Source of the DNA: Octopus sinensis
Taxonomy: Eukaryota
Reading direction: 5' to 3'
DNA length: 11,057 nucleotides
NCBI RefSeq assembly: GCF_006345805.1
Contig: NW_021827131.1
Span: 1 to 11,057, forward strand
Position numbers and translations under genes: made by a program. Of this stretch, positions 8,337 through 11,057 are shown one piece after another (position 1 is the first letter of the stretch; each line of letters begins with the position of its first letter). Below the pieces are notes generated by a model. The model ran no database searches and was not told where the DNA came from. It saw nothing but the letters and a program-made list of their open reading frames with translations.

Positions 8337-8540
8337 TTACATACTTGCGCCCAGATCATTTCAATTTCCCTCTAAAACAAATTTGTGGAATCGGGGAAAA
8401 ATTATGAAATCTGGTTTTCATTATATTTCTTGGATTGCAACTGAATTCAACTTAGGAAAAGAAGATGGATTTTTTTTCATCTCTCTGATTCTATTTATTT
8501 ACAGATTTCTTGTATCACTAAATAAATACGTGTAAACGTT

Positions 8541-8542
<2 letters not shown>

Positions 8543-8587
<45 letters not shown>
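8543..8587. repeat. (TG)n microsatellite
   Basis: Directly visible. Confidence 0.97.
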
Positions 8588-8589
<2 letters not shown>

Positions 8590-8759
8590 CTGTGTGTTTT
8601 GTTGTGTGTTGCATACTTTCTTTGTGTGTTTGCTTACTCGTACACCATACACATACTGAAATATATTTGATTTCTTATTTATTCAAAAGTATTATAGATA
8701 TATGTATATATGTGTGTGCATGCAGCTAACCATAAACGCATACTTTGTTTCTATCTCAT

Positions 8760-8868
8760 TCTCTCACTCTCACGCGCTCTCTCTCTCCCTCTATCTCTCA
8801 CACACACACACACACAGACTTTTATATCTATGTATCATAGACGATACGTCCATGTGAACAGGCTTTCT

Positions 8869-8920
<52 letters not shown>

Positions 8921-9075
8921 CTCTCTCTCTGTTATTGTCTGTGTGTTTGTCTGTGTATGTGTGTGTGTGCGTGTGTGTGTATAAAACGAGTGTATCTGAG
9001 TGTGCGCGCCCGTGTGTGTTCATGTATGCGTGTGTGTTTATGTGTGAATGTGTGTGTGTACGTGTGAGTGTGTAT
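8760..9075. repeat. Low-complexity block: (CT)n, (CA)n, (TA)n, degenerate (TG)n
   Basis: Directly visible. Confidence 0.9.
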
Positions 9076-9643
9076 TTGGTAATGGCAGATAGTATGTTAT
9101 CATTTAATGTCCTTAGATTCGGATAACAAGATGGACGGCATATGTGCCTGTGTGCATGTATAAGCGTCCAGATCTGCATGTTGAATACGTGCGGGTGCTC
9201 GTGGGTGTGTTTGTGAATAGAAAGTTTATATGGTCGTCTTGTATTCGGAAACTACATAACTACAACACAAATATTCATAAAACTTTATATATTACTTTTC
9301 GAGACATTACAGAGGAATTTTGTATAATATTTACTCAAATACATAACAACCATATCACACACAAACAACAACCTATTTTCTGCCAAGAAAGGAAATAGAG
9401 AAATGCAATTTTGATTTCTATTAGCAAAAGTTGGAGGAGGGAATGGTAATATTAGTGAAAATACGTTTGTATTACGTCAAACTCTATGTTCTCTATTGAT
9501 GTTACATTCCCATTGTTGCTTTCTCTCTTTTTTTTTCTTCTTCACTTAGTTGTCGGCTGTTTATCTACTCCACATTTCGAACAATTCACGACAATGTGCC
9601 TCTGAGAAAATAGTTGCTCCCGCAAACCAAAATAAAATTTGGG

Positions 9644-9874
9644 ATTTTGCGGAGGGTCAAAGTTGGTAACAAAAACAGGACAGTGAAACAAATAGTGAGG
9701 GCTGCTAAGTCAGACGGGATAAACCGACAACTGATGAAGAGTCGTTCTTTTTGTTACTGTCTTCTTTTCCAGTTGTTTCTCTCGTTGCCCGTAAAAAAAA
9801 TGTTTGTCGTATTTCATGTTGTTTTTCGTATTTCGGATTTCATGTTTTCGTATTTCATATTGATTACGCTTTAT
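9644..9874 (+). repeat. Left arm of 231-bp inverted repeat (partner 10275-10505)
   Basis: Ungapped, ~7 substitutions; also visible as near-identical peptides in ORFs 9614..10072 (+) and 10149..10532 (-). Confidence 0.97.
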
Positions 9875-10232
9875 ATATATATAAAGTTAATCCAAACAAG
9901 AAAACAAAAACAAAAAACAACGATGCAAGGACGTGGAACAAATAAAGTATTATTGGACGCTCAGGAAAGAAGGGAAGAAGGAGGGTTTGACGTTTCGGGC
10001 GGAGCTCTTCGTCGGAAACATAGGAGAAGGAAAGATCCCGAGAAGGGAAGACAGGGGGAAAAAAATCGCTAGTGATACAGACGAGTTCACATACTAAAAG
10101 ACGGAAATAGTAAAAGTAGAAGAATAATGTTTTTAAAAAACAGGAGAGCTATATCAAAGACAGTATGGTAAAGAAAGTGAGGGGAGGAATGTGTGTAGGT
10201 GTGGTGCGTGCGGGGAGGTCAGCGTGTGCGCG
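9875..10232 (-). mobile_element. Putative Penelope-like element terminal repeat with hammerhead-like motif
   Basis: Minus strand: pyrimidine-rich leader, HHR-3, TTCCTGAGCGTCCAATAATAC motif (9947-9967), T-rich tail ending AACTT-(TA)n; bounded by TA-rich tracts. Confidence 0.6.
9985..10019 (-). ncRNA. Minimal type I hammerhead-like motif HHR-3
   Basis: GUUU-CCGACGA-A-GAGC(UCC)GCCC-GAAA-CG-UC|AAAC: stem I GUUU/AAAC, GUC triplet, ACGU palindrome; U4C core variant and one stem II mismatch. Confidence 0.62.
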
Positions 10233-10274
10233 ATATATATATGTATATATATGCATATATGGGTACAGGACGTC

Positions 10275-10505
10275 ATAAAGCGTAATGAATATGAAATACG
10301 AAAGCATGAAATCCGAAATACGAAAAACAACATGAAATACGACAAACATTTTTTTTACGGGCAACGAGAGAAACAACTGGAAAAGAAGACAGTAACATAA
10401 AGAATGACTCTTCGTCAGTTGTCGGCTTATCCCGTCTGGCTTAGCAGCCCTCACTATTTGTTTCACTGTCCTGTTTTTGTTACCAACTTTGACCCTCCGC
10501 AAAAT
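10275..10505 (-). repeat. Right arm of 231-bp inverted repeat (partner 9644-9874)
   Basis: Reverse complement of the left arm; outer end abuts (TA)n at ~10504-10515. Confidence 0.97.
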
Positions 10506-10724
10506 ATATATATATGATTGAACGCCACGCATCCATTTCCAAGTAAATTTATCTTTTCTGAAGACTGAGGGGTTCGAATGTCCTGTCCATGTTTATTGTA
10601 TCGTCTTCTATGAGTTATACGTTCTTGTCCATGTTGTATTTTTCTACATACCTTAACATATATTCCAGGCGCCCCGTACCCCCTTTATCATTAATGTGAA
10701 CACATATTCTTAATAATTGGTACG

Positions 10725-10980
10725 ACTCTCTGTTTGTCTCTCTCTCTCTCTCATTTTTACTTTCTCTCTTCATCTTCTCTTCCCTCTGATCCTTTGGTCT
10801 AGTCTTCCACTACACCTCCTATTCTTTGTCTCGCTCTGCACTCACAGGTCATTCTTCGCCACCCCATCCCTTCTCCTCTCTGATTCCTTCTTCTCTCTCT
10901 TCTCTCTCTTTGTTGCGTTTTGTCCACCTTTTCTCTCTCTCTCTTCCTTTGCTTCTCTTTCTTTTTTTCCCTCTTCTCTG
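10725..10980 (+). repeat. CT-rich polypyrimidine low-complexity tract
   Basis: Directly visible; explains ORF 10717..11019. Confidence 0.85.
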
Positions 10981-11057
10981 TCAGTGACTGTTGGCCGAAA
11001 TCTGCCTTTCAGCTCCTGACCCTCGTCGTGTTAACATCGTTGTTCTTCGTCCGCCGC

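Noticed and set aside
9614-10532. Two near-identical ORFs on opposite strands (apparent paralogous genes)
   Set aside because: A consequence of the inverted repeat; the differences I found are amino-acid changing and no protein motif is recognisable.
10555-10590. Fourth hammerhead (CTGAAGA...TTCGAATGTC)
   Set aside because: No stem II, no GAAA and no stem I pairing; the surrounding sequence may be a repeat but I cannot support a family call.

Overview
AT-rich, repeat-saturated eukaryotic DNA (intronic or intergenic) with no credible intact protein-coding gene; nearly all supplied ORFs are microsatellite or repeat translations. From my recollection of the SINE families and microsatellite style, it looks like a coleoid cephalopod (Octopus-like) genome; this is not database-verified. 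Contents: many microsatellites, tRNA-derived SINEs of three families (including a 5-unit concatemer), two RTE-like LINE 3' ends, a decayed Chapaev3-like transposase and a mariner right end. Most interesting: three sequence-divergent, minimal type I hammerhead-ribozyme-like motifs (992-1047 -, 8175-8210 +, 9985-10019 -), each with a purine insertion after the CUGANGA box and each ~105-160 nt upstream of a (TA)n tract, the layout expected of Penelope-like element termini. The window also holds five long fold-back/inverted repeats, one of which brackets a ribozyme-bearing element.
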